DNA of 64,000 bases from the human T2T-CHM13v2.0 reference genome, Homo sapiens. Under the pieces are notes generated by a model, which was not told the DNA's origin, did no database searches, and worked only from the letters and a program-made list of their open reading frames with translations. The stretch lies in the NCBI RefSeq assembly GCF_009914755.1, contig NC_060928.1; one strand, 5' to 3'. Positions 1 to 19,807 of this stretch are shown here, piece after piece. Made by a program: the position numbers and the translations under genes. Position 1 is the first letter of the stretch; each line of letters starts with the position of its first letter.

Positions 1-192
1 TACTCTAGCTAAAGTACAATTTAGGAGGAGGTTTGAGGATATTTTTTAACATTAAGATATAAACTTTTATAACAACGGCTTAAATAATTGTTCCTAGAGT
101 CTAATATTTCTATTGGCAAATTGGAAATTAGTATACATAGACATAGATTCTGCTCATTTTACTTTCAATCTAAAATCATAGTTAAGATTACT

Positions 193-491
193 GGCCAGGC
201 GCGGTGGCTCACACCTGTAATCCCAGCACTTTGGGAGGCAGAGGCGGGTGGATCACGAGGTCGGGAGTTTGAGACCAGCCTGGCCAATGTGGTGAAACCC
301 CGTGTCTACTAAAAATACAAAAAAAATTATTCAGGCATGGTGATAGGCGCCTGTAACCCCAGCTACTCGGGAAGCTGAGGCAGAGAATTGTTTGAACCCG
401 GGAGGCAGAGGTCGCAGTGAGCCGAGATCGCATCACTGCACTCCAGCCTGGGCGACAGAGCGAGTCTCCGTCTCAAAAAAAAAAAAAAAAA
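193..491 (+). mobile_element. AluS element (FRG1 intron)
   Basis: GGCCAGGCGCGGTGGCTCAC start, dimeric, poly(A) tail, TSD aagattact/aagattgct. Confidence 0.95.
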
Positions 492-660
492 GATTGCTAT
501 GCTAGAAAGTCTTCCTGTAGAGGCATTTTTAAGAAACATTATGATAGGCATTGGCTCTGGAAAGCAGGCATGAAATAGATGACTGGGGTCTATCATGAGA
601 GAGACCATTCTCTATATGTCACTTTGTACCTTCACATGTTGCCTCTTGTTTTGTTTTGGT

Positions 661-813
661 CTTTTTTTGAGACAGGACCTTGCTCTGTCACTCAGGCTAG
701 AGTGCAGTGGCATGATCATAGCTCACTATAACGTTGAACTCTGGGCTCAAGTGATCCTCTTTCCCCAGCTCCCCGAGTAGCTGAGATTACAGGCATGCAC
801 CCCCATGCCTGGC
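661..813 (-). mobile_element. Old Alu monomer (FRAM/AluJ right arm)
   Basis: T-tract followed by reverse-complement Alu right-arm sequence. Confidence 0.8.
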
Positions 814-1146
814 TGTATGTTGCTATTTTATGTTTTAAAAACCTAATCCTGACTGTGCTGGTAGTCGCATGAATCTCTGCACATACATGCAAACAAGTAC
901 ATGTAAAACTGGTGAAATCTGAATAAGCTTCATGGATTATATCAATTTCAGTTTCCTGATTCTGACAGTGTATGATACTTATGCAAGATTTAATCGAGAC
1001 AAAGTGAGTAAAGGATATGTGAGATCTTTGTATTATTTCTTACAACTGCAAAATAAGAAGTTTTTAAAATTAAGTTATAATAACAAAAAAAAGAACTCTG
1101 TGTCAAAACTAAAATATAAAGTTGAAATATTGATTTTATTTTTTAG

Positions 1147-1272
1147 GAATCTGGTGGACAGTAACAAACTTTGGTGAAATTTCAGGAACCATAGCCATTG
1201 AAATGGATAAGGGAACCTATATACATGCACTCGACAATGGTCTTTTTACCCTGGGAGCTCCACACAAAGAAG
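1147..1272 (+). CDS. FRG1: FRG1 exon 3
   Basis: ttttag|GAATC...AAG|gtttgt; encodes [42 protein letters not shown]. Confidence 0.97.
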
Positions 1273-2052
1273 GTTTGTGTCTGGAAGGGAAGAGGCTGCC
1301 ACAAGTGTAGATTTTAGGACATTCATTCACTTAGGCCAAACTCTAACTAGTCTCAAACATTTTCCAAAGGAATGGAACCATTGCATTTGACTCTTCCATT
1401 TTTTTTTAATTCCTTAATATTTACCAGCCATTGGCAAGTCCCTCTTTCTAATATAAGCATTTGAAAACATTCCGTATAGTTCCAGAAGAGTATCTTTGGA
1501 AATCAAAATAACATGAATAATTAAAATAGTAAGTGGAAAGAAAAAAGAAAACCTATTTGAGTCAAAATGTTTGAATTTCTTTTTTATTCAGACCTATTGC
1601 CAAAACTAACCTGGGTGCGTTTAACAGTTTGAAGTTTCCTCATTTTCTTTAGCCCATTAGAGGAAGCACTAATGAGATATGAAGTAATTAGAAGATAAAA
1701 AGCAGTATCATTTGGTCAGCAAGGCCATCCCTTGAATAAGTGAAAGCATTTAGCTTTTTAAATAAGTGCTTATTTATGACTGTATTTTAAAACATAAAGA
1801 GAAGCTATCTCAAAAGTTATTAAATAAGCATTATATCACCCTGTCTTACTCAGTGTATAAAATTAACACTGTAGTTAAAAGAAGGTAAAATAGATCTTGA
1901 TTCCAAAGATACAGTATTACAGTGACATCAGTATATCTGAATATTCTTACATTTAATTGCAGAAGAAAATAGCCACATTTTTTAAAACAAAATAATGTCT
2001 TTATATTTATAGCAAATGTCAAATTTATTTTCAAATGTTTTTTCTCCAATAG

Positions 2053-2110
2053 TTGATGAGGGCCCTAGTCCTCCAGAGCAGTTTACGGCTGTCAAATTAT
2101 CTGATTCCAG
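2053..2110 (+). CDS. FRG1: FRG1 exon 4
   Basis: aatag|TTGAT...CAG|gtgagc; VDEGPSPPEQFTAVKLSDSR. Confidence 0.97.
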
Positions 2111-3574
2111 GTGAGCTTATGTTGTAATATAATTAGTAACCAGTTATTTTAAAAATTTAATTGTATTCATTAAAAATTTTAGTATCTGTCTTAAGCCCAC
2201 AGGGTAATTTTGATGTAAAAAACAAAATAGCTTTTTTGAAAAGTAGATTTTGTGATCTACTTTTAATGGATTTCCTATCAATATATAATGCTAGGCTGGA
2301 AAAAAAATAAGTTAAAAAGTGAAGATTAATAATTTCACATACCGAATAAGATAGATTAAAAAATGAATCAAATAGTACAAAACCTGGTTCACTGTTGCTG
2401 TGATATTTAAACTCACTGTTTGGAAGTCCAAAGGCAAACAGGAAGACTAAAAAAAGGAATATTGTTGAAACCAGCAGAGAATGTTACAGAATCATAACGA
2501 CCAAAAGAATATTTTTACTCACTATTTTTACAGTCATTTTATAAAGTAACCTTTTTTATTCTCACCTTGTGCAAAAGTATAGAACGATTCTTTGGGCAGA
2601 AGATACTGAAAGTGAATTTACATATTTTAGTAATTGGTTACATCAATATGATAATGATTTCTGTTATATAATCATTAATGTATAAAGGAGTAAAAGTCAA
2701 TTCTGGCATCCCAGGAGATTCTCGGTAAGGTAAAAGATTAGAAATCATAATTTTAAAAAATCACATTAAGATGATTATTTCTGTACTTTCTTTGAAAGTC
2801 TGATAAGTATGGTGAAAGACAGAATAAAAGCAGAGGAAGAAAAAATTCAATAGTTTTAAACTGCTTTACAATTATAAACAAAAAAGGATTATAAAGAAAA
2901 TTAACTGACAAATGAGGAAAATATTTGCAACAATCTTAATAGGCAGTGAGTTCTTACTCTTCATATGTATCTTGTATAGAATTCATAGCACTGATGACCC
3001 CAGTAGAAAAACTGCGAACAATCAGATCTCAATAGAAAAATGGACAAGGGACATTACCAGATAATCTAAAAACTAAAAAGGAAAGGAAAAGAAAAACAAT
3101 TGTTATTCTAGTTAACTACTAAAATGCAAATTTATAGGATACTGTTTTTTCCATATCAGGTTTTCAAGTATTTTTTTAAAGTCATAATGTTTAAAAAAAA
3201 ATGCGTGATACAAAACATACTCTGTTAATTTGAGGTAAGAATGTAAATGGAAGCAGCATTTTCTGGAAAACAGTTTGATGACATAAGAACTTTATACTCT
3301 TCGATCCAGTTATTTCTAGGAATTTTTTCTAAGGATAAAGCAGTTTTATGTACAGAATAGATGTACATAGAACTATTTATAATAAGAGAAAAAGTAAGTT
3401 TTAGTAATTTATTCTTGAACTTTATAACTAAAGAGGTATAATTGAAGAATGATGAATTTCAAAAATATTTGTTATGTAATATATAAGGTACAATGTTTAT
3501 ATTAAAAAAGCACAATATAAAACTAAATTTAAAACTGCACTGTCCAACATGGCAGCAACTAGTCACATGTAGCT

Positions 3575-3876
3575 TTTTTCTTTTTTTTTTTTTTAAAGGC
3601 ACAGAGTCTCACTCTGTCACCCAGGCTGGAGTGCAGTGGTGTGACCGTATCTCACTATAACCTCAAATTTCTGGGCTCAAGCAATCCTCCTGCGTCAGCC
3701 TCCCAAGTAGCTGGTATCACATGTGCATGCCGCCATGCCCAGCTAACTTTTTAAATTTTTTGTAGAGATGGGGTCTCACTGTGTTGTCCAGGCTGATCTT
3801 GAACTTCTTGCCTCAAGCAATTCTCCCGTTGGCTTCCCAAAGCACAGAGATTACAGGAGTGAGTCACCACTCAGCC
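3575..3876 (-). mobile_element. AluJ inserted in a MER3-like hAT fragment (~3538-3925)
   Basis: T-tail plus reverse AluJ; flanks cacatgtagctttt/cacatgcagctttt form a TSD within MER3-like sequence. Confidence 0.8.
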
Positions 3877-4021
3877 ACATGCAGCTTTTGAAGACTTGGA
3901 ATATGTGCAGTCTGAAATTTTAGATATGTACACAGCCACACACATACGCATGTCCTGTTTTGATGTCCTATAATTAATTTTCTCTCAGTCTTTAACTTTT
4001 ATCTATGTTATTAATGTACAG

Positions 4022-4136
4022 AATCGCCCTGAAGTCTGGCTATGGAAAATATCTTGGTATAAATTCAGATGGACTTGTTGTTGGGCGTTCAGATGCAATT
4101 GGACCAAGAGAACAATGGGAACCAGTCTTTCAAAAT
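4022..4136 (+). CDS. FRG1: FRG1 exon 5
   Basis: acag|AATC...AAAT|gtaagt; [38 protein letters not shown] (fascin-like domain). Confidence 0.97.
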
Positions 4137-6382
4137 GTAAGTGCTGTTATTGTTTATAAAAACTTCCTGTCAGTTTAACAGAAAGTCTGTTAACAGTCAA
4201 TCATAATATATTTAAAAAGAAAAAGTAGGATGCAATAGTGTAATACATTAAATAGGAATAAATCAATAAGAACATAGAGCCTTAAAGAGATCTCAAAATA
4301 TAGTGCAACAAAAATCGCATTAGTCCTTTTGCCCACAATTATTTCTGTATACCCTTAGTGCCTAGATATGGATCTCATTTCCATTGAAGAACCAGTCAAT
4401 TTTAGGTCTCAGAGTAGGAAAACAGAGTAGTTCCTAAGTATCTTTGTAGCAGAAATCATGGATGCTTTCAGAAACATTAGAGACTGTAAGCGAACAGTGG
4501 AGCTTGCTAAGACCAAGTTGTGACAATTTGTGCATAAAATAAATAATAATAGTTCATTGAAGTAAATTATCTCTAAAAGACTTTCAGTTCATAAGCTTAA
4601 AATAGCATACGAAAAGATAGTTTTAATATAAGAAGAAAAAAGATAATATACTAATTCTTAATTTTAGTAAGTAGACAGTTGTATATGGATGTTTTGTTAA
4701 ATCTTTGTTGACACAGAATACATAATTTCCTTTTTCTGTTTGTGTGAGAAGTAAAGATTGAACAAAAATATGTGAGTGCTAAACAGTCTTTAAAAAGTAG
4801 ATAACTTTATCAAAAACAGTAAGGACCAATGGGCACCACGCAGAGCAAGCAAATAGAAGATAAGCTTAGCCTTTGAGTAGCAGCTTTGGTAGTATACACT
4901 AATGAATTGAAAATAGGAACTCAGCAGTGTTTTCTAAGATGACAGATTAAACAAACATCCCTCCAGAAAGAGGTAATCACTTAGACTAATTTCCTCATCC
5001 CCTAGGATAAAATCTTAACTCAGTGACTTGAAAACTATTTTGGCCCAACCCATTGAGAAATGCATTTTTACATTGCAGCCCAGCACACATGTATAACTGA
5101 AGCAAGAGTTGTACTTAACAATACTTACTTATCCATGTGTTATGCACCTTGATATTTCTTATTCTCTTTTACCCCTTCCTCTGTGAGTCTGTGTGTATTC
5201 CTTCCCCCGCCCCCCATACCGTACAGGAAACAACACTACATTGATTTCATGACCCGCTAATGTGTTGCAACCCCTTTGAGATGATCCTACTAGTTAGGAT
5301 GAGATACTTCTAATAAAAGTTACACCGGTAGAAAAGGCCAATATATCATAAGGCCTTAGATGATGACTTAGATAGTACTAATAATACAACACTTTAGGAA
5401 AGTTCGTTTCATTTTATTTTTAGGAAGGACACTAAGTTTCAAAAATTTAAATTTAAATGAAAGAGGGTCTTAAAACTATTGCAAAAGGGACTCAGCTGAA
5501 TAATCTGTGGCACAGGTTTAAATCGTCTTGGACCACACCACCATGTTCCAGGGCTCACCAGGAGCCATCCAGATGAGAGACCACCCAGCCCTTGTGACCT
5601 TGACTAAGAAATTAAATCCATGTTATCAGCACTTTTTTAACTTGATGTGATATAAGGTTAACATATTTTGTAATCATTGTATTTATAAATATTTTGTCTA
5701 AATGTTATGGTATTCCAAGTTTTCCAAAAGAATCAACCAAATACAAGTTATAAATAAACATTATATTTGTTAAGGGAGTTAAGCTAACCAAATTTATAAC
5801 CCAGATTTAGATACACAAGAAAATCAGTCTTTAAAGTTTTAATAGAAAGCAGTGTAATATATCAAACATTAAACAACTAAAAAAGTATATGAATATTTAT
5901 TTTCACACACAAAAGTCCCTCAGACATTGATTCTTAAATTCAAAACACCAAAGCATTGTATGTACCTTTTCATGTTTTCTAATTGTGAAGAAAATAAATT
6001 TTACTTAAAATGCTAATATTTGAATAAAGTATGCATTCATAATTATGTTCTTGTCTTTAAAGTTAATTTTTCAAACTGAACTAAATCAGTTATGTCTTCA
6101 GTAGATCTTTTAGAAAGGAAGCAATCCTACCTCATCTACTTAGAATTTAGTCCTACTAGGAAGATACACTACAAATGTTTATTGTGGTAATCTTTGAATA
6201 GTAAAATGATAGGTGATTTTGGTTTCTTTTCTATATGTTCTTGTATTATATTTTTCAGGTTTTTCTCTAAGTTCTTTTCTGTGATTTTTAAATCAGGGAG
6301 GAAAAATTAATTCAGTCTAAACACTTAATGTTTCTCCCACAGGAAGTATCCTCATGGCTATTTTGTTATTTGTTTCACTTAG

Positions 6383-6487
6383 GGGAAAATGGCTTTGTTG
6401 GCCTCAAATAGCTGCTTTATTAGATGCAATGAAGCAGGGGACATAGAAGCAAAAAGTAAAACAGCAGGAGAAGAAGAAATGATCAAG
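6383..6487 (+). CDS. FRG1: FRG1 exon 6
   Basis: ttag|GGGAAA...AAG|gtaatg; [35 protein letters not shown]. Confidence 0.97.
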
Positions 6488-7573
6488 GTAATGATGACAT
6501 TTTATACAGATGACTGCATTCACACATGCGATGTGACTGTATCTCTTTAAAATGTTAAATGGTCATTTACTGTCACTTTAAAGATTTACTTAATAGCTTT
6601 TTATAATGTGGTGTTTCAAATAGACTCATTTTTAATTATAAATCCCATAGTTGATGTCTTGTTTATACAATGTGGTAGAGAAATGAGTGCATCTAGGAGC
6701 TACCTTGCCATTATCTCCATGGATTAGTATCTTCTTCTGGTAGTTCCACATGCTCTTTTTAAGCTTTCATTTTCTTGTTTTCTTGCTTGTATTTTAAAAT
6801 CTAATTTTTAAAATAGATAACATGTACACGTGGTCCAACATTTTCAAATAAAAGCATGTGAAGACGTATGCCTGCCATGCGTCTTACTCACCTGTGTCCC
6901 AGCACCTGTTCGTCTTTCCCTTTGTTTTTTTATAGCCTCCTAAAATTTCTTTATAAACATATGAATATGTTTATAATTTTCAACTGTTTTACGCTAAAGG
7001 TAGCCTCCTCTATAGTCTAGACTTCAATTTTTTTTTTTCCTTAAAATTGTATCTTGGAGAGTTTTCTACTATGAGTTTGAATGTAGAAAGTTTTCTCTTT
7101 TTCTTGCTTTTCCTCTCTTTCTCTCTCTCTCAACAGCCACATAATATTCCATTTCAGGGATGTACCTTAATTTATTTAGTCTTTTATAGATGGAAATTTA
7201 GGCTGTTTCCAGTCTTTTGCTCTTATAAACAGTGCTGCAGTACATAACATTGAATATGCATCAGTTTGTAGATGTGCGGGTGGACCTGAAGGTAAATTTC
7301 CAGAAGCAGAATTACCAGGTCGGGGTATATGCGTTTGTATTTACGTAATGCTTGAGCTTCTGTGATGATAATCACTCTATGAAACATAAAAAATCATAGC
7401 AGAACTTCTGGGGCCTTAGCCCTCAGATTTTAAAAATATTTTTATTAATAGTACCCGTCTTCTTTGCATTAGGAGAAACATGAATCACATAAAACATGAT
7501 TTTTATTTTATTTTTAAAATTTGTGTGCGTCACTAAGCTGGAAATAAAAGTTCCTTATTCCAGGCTAAATTCC

Positions 7574-7614
7574 CTCATCCGTAGTCAGACGCGTTATCCA
7601 TTGCACCAGTGGCC
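7574..7614 (-). pseudogene. 5'-half fragment of tRNA-Arg(ACG)
   Basis: Reverse strand GGCCACTGGTGCAATGGATAACGCGTCTGACTACGGATGAG vs tRNA-Arg-ACG GGCCAGTGGCGCAATGGATAACGCGTCTGACTACGGATCAG; no T-arm. Confidence 0.85.
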
Positions 7615-9732
7615 TGTGCCCTCTCTAATCCTACTCTTTGTTTTACATCATTGTAAAAGTTACACAGACATCTTCATATCAAGGTGAAATTCTAAATAAT
7701 ACTGTTAATATAACCTAGATAAATCAAGTAGTTAATTGGAATCTGATGAAAACATTTAAGGCTTAATTTTTTAGACTCACAGAAGCCACTGATCTTTAAT
7801 GATAAACATATACCAGGATGTGTCTAAAGAATAACTCCCCACTTCTTGACACATGGCTTTTCTGTGTCTTGGCATTCCATCTCAGTACTGAGCATCCTGA
7901 ACCTTGCTTTGTTTGTCTCTGTTGGGAATCACAGGTTGCATCCAGTCTGACCCAGATTTCCTCTGTAAGGCATTGTGGGGGCCAGAGTGGAAGGCTCTAA
8001 GAGAGGGGGCAAGTGCCTTTTCTAAAATGCCCTTCGTTCTTATAATTAGAGCATAAAAATTTATGTTACATTTTTCTCTACTACCAGTGCAATTTAAAAG
8101 CATCTATCAAATCTCTGTACATACTTCATGTTAGATTTCCTGTCATAAGTTTGATTTTCTTTTTAGAATAGTCTTGATTTCAAATAATTTCAAATCTAAA
8201 GCTCAAACAATTTCAATCTAAAATGTAGGTATTTTCTTACAGAAGGGAAATGTTATATTTTTTCATTGCATGCACCCAGCACATGCGTTGTAGTCTTGAA
8301 TTTCCATAATGCCCCTGTGAGGTGGATGTGAGCTCAGCATTACAGACAAGAAGACAGCCTCTGACCCTCCTTACATCCTCGTGGTTTTTGTCAGTCAGTT
8401 CATGGAAATCACAGTGATTTCAAGGTGTGGTAAGACAGGATGTGTACCCAGGCCCAGCTGACTCCAGAGGCCACTCTCAATATTTCATAGCACATTGCTT
8501 CTCAGGAAACAGGTCATTGGGGAAATGCAGATGGGTTTGTGACTTACATTTAATTTTATTTATTTATATTTTATTGTATCATGTTTAAATTATTTTGCAT
8601 CTGGATATCATCACAAAAGTGTTACTGAAGGCAACAATTGCAAATATATGTGCAGTGCTTTGCACTTATACAAAGATACAAAGATACTTACACAAAGATT
8701 GCCTTTTTCACTATTTAAAGCAATTTTCAGACGAAATACAAAGTTTTCTGGGTCTCTTTGGTTAGTCAAGTACCTGGAAGCTCTGAACAGTGATTATTTA
8801 GGACTCTTTTCCTTTACCATTTAATTGCAGGCTCTCCTAATCTCTGTCAGCCCTTCACCTTTATGACCTTGCCTTATCTACCAGAACACAGATCCCTCTT
8901 ACTAAAGGTAGCCTTGTGTTACCTCTGTCAGCCCTTCAGCTTTATGACCAGAACACAGATCCCTCTTACTAAAGGTAGCCTTGTGTTACAGGCCCTAGCA
9001 GGGAATGTTTTCAGGTCTGGGACCCCTCTAATCAGAACTGTCACAAAGATGTCATTTGCACAAACACGTTATTTGTCATCACTTTCTAAGCAGCCCTGGA
9101 ACTGGACTCTGGCCACAGAGATCCCTTAGGAGACATGAGTCCTTACCATTGCTAATTGCCTGTTCTGTGGGTGATCCTAATTGTTGAATGCAGATTAATT
9201 AACTTATGACATGTGGTAGTAAACATCTATCCAAACTTAGGAGGATATAAGAAGCTAGTAAAAGAGGTGGGTTCCAATTAGTTAAAAACAAGTTGTGTAA
9301 TGTTAAAAGTTTTAATACTTTGGTAATAGTCTGTGCAACATAAAATAGCTATTAAGCTTTCAATCCGATCAAATGAACACTTGTCTACTAGGGATAATTT
9401 GATCCTAGTGTATTCACTTGGAGGACAAAATTAAATTAGTTAATGATCGCTTTATTTCCTAGCAGGATCTGATGTGTAAAATGTTTCTGAAATAATTTTG
9501 TCTGTAGTGTTTCTGACACAATGCTGTGGAGGAAGCATGTGATAGCACTTACTCATATAGATTATATATATGAAGTAAAAACACATAGCCAGAACCTTTT
9601 TCTGAATATAGTTGCTCAGTTAATTTTTTCTTCTGCATAAGAAATCATCTCGAATGTTCTTATGTGATACGTAAAGTGGGGAAGGTGGAAGATAAACATA
9701 TAACCCATTGGATTCTCTTTTCCAATATCTAG

Positions 9733-9824
9733 ATTAGATCCTGTGCTGAAAGAGAAACCAAGAAAAAAGATGACATTCCAGAAGAAGACAAAGGAAATGT
9801 AAAACAATGTGAAATCAATTATGT
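9733..9824 (+). CDS. FRG1: FRG1 exon 7
   Basis: ctag|ATTAGA...TATGT|gtatgt; [31 protein letters not shown]. Confidence 0.97.
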
Positions 9825-9904
9825 GTATGTATTCTTTTCCTTTTAGACCTACAGATTTGACAGTGAAGTGCTTCTCAAAGTGCTTTCAAAATAAATTACC
9901 TACT

Positions 9905-10056
9905 TAGCTGGGCATGGTGGTACATGCCTATAGGCCCAGCTACTCGGGAGGCTGAGACAGGAGGATTGTTTGAGCCCAGGAGTTCAAGGCTGCAGTGAGC
10001 TCTGATCACCACTGCCTTCCAGCCTGGGTGGCAGAGCAAGACCGTGTCTGAAAAAA
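9905..10056 (+). mobile_element. Alu monomer (FRAM/AluJ right arm)
   Basis: ttagctgggcatggtggt...cagcctgggtggcagagcaagacc plus A-tail. Confidence 0.8.
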
Positions 10057-10342
10057 TGAAACTGATGGACAAGAAGAGACGACACAATGTAGCCTCTAGG
10101 ACAGAGCACTGAGCTAAATGCTTTTCTTTTCTTGAGGCTTCAGTTTTCCTAATCATCCTACCACCTCCCAAAGCTAGTCACTCAGGTTAGTCAATCTCTC
10201 TATTCATTCATAGAATGGGTGTGATGCCAGTCAAAGGCTGTGCTATGGCCAGGACACAGGGGACTCTAGCCAGCATGCCCTAATAGAAGTGGGGCCTTGT
10301 GCTACCCAGTCAATGAGTGGCCCTCCTCTTGAGAGGTCATGA

Positions 10343-10714
<372 letters not shown>

Positions 10715-10806
10715 TGAAAAAGAAATTAACAGTATTTATAAATTTAATAGTAAATATGTATAATCAGAGTTTGAGGTATTTTTCAATGAAGACATTTTCT
10801 TTACAG

Positions 10807-10917
10807 AAAGAAATTTCAGAGCTTCCAAGACCACAAACTTAAAATAAGTAAAGAAGACAGTAAAATTCTTAAAAAGGCTCGGAAAGATGGATTTTTGCAT
10901 GAGACGCTTCTGGACAG
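10807..10917 (+). CDS. FRG1: FRG1 exon 8
   Basis: ttacag|AAAG...GACAG|gtagct; [37 protein letters not shown]. Confidence 0.97.
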
Positions 10918-12077
10918 GTAGCTATTTATTTACTTATTTCCACTATTTTCAGTAGCCAATAGAAATGGCATGTAGAAAACCTACATTCTCTTAAATTACT
11001 GTAGTTTTTCACATTTTTGTCTTTATTTCTAATTTATGAGTGTGGCAATATTACCTAAAGAGGACATCGTAAGTTTGGGAAAAGACTGTCATGAAAGAAT
11101 ATCTAAAAATTATAACCGATTCTAAGTATATACTTGAAGAAATTCAGGTTTGACTGTATCTACTTCATAAATTTATCATCTTTTTATAACTATTAGAACC
11201 AGAGTTAGAAGCAGTTTGACTAATATAAAAATTATGTGGATTCTGTTAGAGTAGTTCAGGTTCCTTAAAATAAGAATAGATCAACTAAAAAACTAAGTAT
11301 AAAAGCTAAACAAGTGAAATTGAAGCAGTTTTATTATAAGATTTGGAAGAGTGCAGGATGTTTATCATACCACATTATTAATATTTATTACTCTTCCTAG
11401 GTAGATAAGTAATGTCCTAGATTTATGACATAGAAAAACAGAGACGTTTAGCTGTGAGTGTACAAGTATAAATCAATTAAGTGCCAGATTTTGATAATCA
11501 CCAGCCGCTCATTCAAGTCGTATGTTGCAAAGTTACTCTTACCCTTTTTTTTACATTACTTGATAAAGGCAATGTTTAATTACGTATTTCCTGTTAACTA
11601 GCTGGTAGTGTTCATACCTAAAGTCAGTAAATAATGTTAAGAATTTTTTCCAGCTGAGCAAATGAATATGTATCTCATTGTAAGAAATCAAGAAGAGGAT
11701 ATAAAATATAATCAGGATGTGGACTCTAAAACGGAATAAGCTCTATGTCCTGTAACTTTTATCACTTGTAATAATACAGCATTCTCACCCTGTTAAATGG
11801 AAATTTAGAGCAGCCTTAAATTCCGGAATAATTAAAATTGCTATTTGGATTGAAAAAGCCCTTAGGCAACATTTATTGAATATTAGGAAATAACTTTTAT
11901 AAGATTAGAATCCATTTTTTATAGAAACCAAATTTAAAAGTATACATATTTTAATAAAAGTGTTGTGGTAATAACCAAAATTGAACACACAGTTTTAAAG
12001 CTTTTTATATTTAGTAGCAGTTGAATATATATGGCATGTTTTACATAGATTAATTTTATTTTTCTTTGTTTAAACAG

Positions 12078-12114
12078 GAGAGCCAAATTGAAAGCCGACA
12101 GATACTGCAAGTGA
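12078..12114 (+). CDS. FRG1: FRG1 exon 9 coding part (stop TGA 12112-12114)
   Basis: aacag|GAGAGCC; RAKLKADRYCK*; frame continuous across exons 3-9. Confidence 0.97.
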
Positions 12115-12157
12115 CTGGGATTTTTGTTTCTGCCTTATCTTTCTGTGTTTTTTTCTG

Positions 12158-12163
12158 AATAAA
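12158..12163 (+). terminator. FRG1: FRG1 polyadenylation signal
   Basis: AATAAA ~45 nt after the stop codon. Confidence 0.8.
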
Positions 12164-12755
12164 ATATTCAGAGGAAATGCTTTTACAGAGTTCTTGAGTT
12201 GTGAAATTATTGTTTAGCTAGTTTAACCAGGATTAAACAAGTTTAATCAGGATTCTTCATGGATGTACTTTTTAGCTAACTACAGTTTTTCACATGGAAA
12301 TGAAACTTACAGTTCACACTTAATGTACCACAGAATTTTTTTCTGGATTTCCTGTCCTGAAGCATGAAGTGTACTAGAAACCAATTCTTCCTGCGCTACT
12401 TGTGGAATCTGTCTTACTGGATCATAATCTTACTTTACTTTATATAATAGATGCTTAATCAGTGCCTTTAATAGAAGTTAGAAACTCCCAATCCAATCAA
12501 CAAGGCTTTGGTTCTACCTTCTAAGTACTACCCAGATCACAGACAATCCAAATATCAGAACTAGGGGGCTGGGCAGAGAGGACAAATCATCTATTAGGGA
12601 GTGGGACAGAAAGCAGAAACATTACAAAGGAGCAAGTAGGCTCAGAACAGAGGGGAGAGTAGTACTGGGGAAACTCCCTGCTGAGGACAGGTTAGCCACA
12701 GTGGATATGTATGTGATGCCTTTGTCCTTGTGGGCTGGAATGGAAGCTGGTAAGG

Positions 12756-18833
<6,078 letters not shown>

Positions 18834-19401
18834 TTCCATAGTGGCGATATAGAACAGTTTGTTTAACCATTCAGTCATTGGAGGATATCTGGGTTGTTTC
18901 TAGTTCTAGGCTATTACAAATAAAGGTGCTCTGAACATTTCTGTTAAAAAAAAAAAAAAGTTAAGACGCTACGTGTTGCTTAGGTCTGCTTTGTTGAAGC
19001 CTGTCTCTTTCAGAGTTCCTAAACACAATATTCCCATGGCATCTAATCCTAGTGAGTGCTCCAAATCCAGGCTGTGTATCAGATGCCACGGGAAATTCTG
19101 CCTCAGGACTGAGTTTGGTTCAAGCATCTGGATGTTGTCAAAAGTCCACGTTGTGTGCTGGCCTAATCTGAAAGACCCTAACTAGTTCTAGCCTTTAAAT
19201 GCCTTCTGTCATCAAATCTAGAGTTACATGGCATTTGTACAAGCTAGGTAGCTGAGGCACGGAATCAGCCCTATAAAGGAGCTTTTGGTGCTTTTGTTGT
19301 AGGTCTAGCTCCAACTTGGCACTCCAGTTCCCATAGCTAGACTTTCTCTCATCGTGTGTTCTGATCCTTGGATTAGGAACAAAGTAACTACTCTGATACA
19401 A

Positions 19402-19570
19402 AGCAGTGGTTTCGGTTCCCAACTAGTGACTATTTTGCCTCCCAGGGGACATTTTTGGTTTTCACAACTGGGATACGGTGTTAGAGGGTAGAGGCTAGGG
19501 ATGCTGCGAAGCATGTGGCAGAATCCTCTTCCGCCCCGAATGCTAATAGTGCCAACGTTGTGGAGGCTTC
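19402..19570. mobile_element. MER20-like hAT DNA transposon remnant
   Basis: cagtggtt...ttttgcctcccaggggacattt...gtagaggctagggatgctgc motifs. Confidence 0.6.
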
Positions 19571-19639
19571 CCACCCAAGGGCTTGGTCTATTCCTTGCTT
19601 TTGCCAGCTCCCTAAACCTTAAACACATTTCAAATTTAT

Positions 19640-19807
19640 ATGCATAAGCATCTCCTAGGGACCTGCCCGTTTCCAATATCGACTACTGAGACCCATCCGT
19701 AGAGATGCAGGCTTAGGAGGTCTAGGATTGGGCTGAAAATTTGCATTTTAACAAGTACTCCAGGTCATTCTGAAGCAAGTGATACAAACCACACACTGAG
19801 GAACACG
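19640..19807. mobile_element. MER5-like hAT DNA transposon remnant
   Basis: atttgcattttaacaagtactccaggtcattctga...cacactgaggaacac. Confidence 0.55.

Noticed and set aside
88-780. Short ORFs here and at 10352, 24099, 49107, 54181 and 62598
   Set aside because: Translations of Alu sequence
7574-7614. Functional tRNA gene
   Set aside because: Lacks the T-arm/B-box and the 3' acceptor strand
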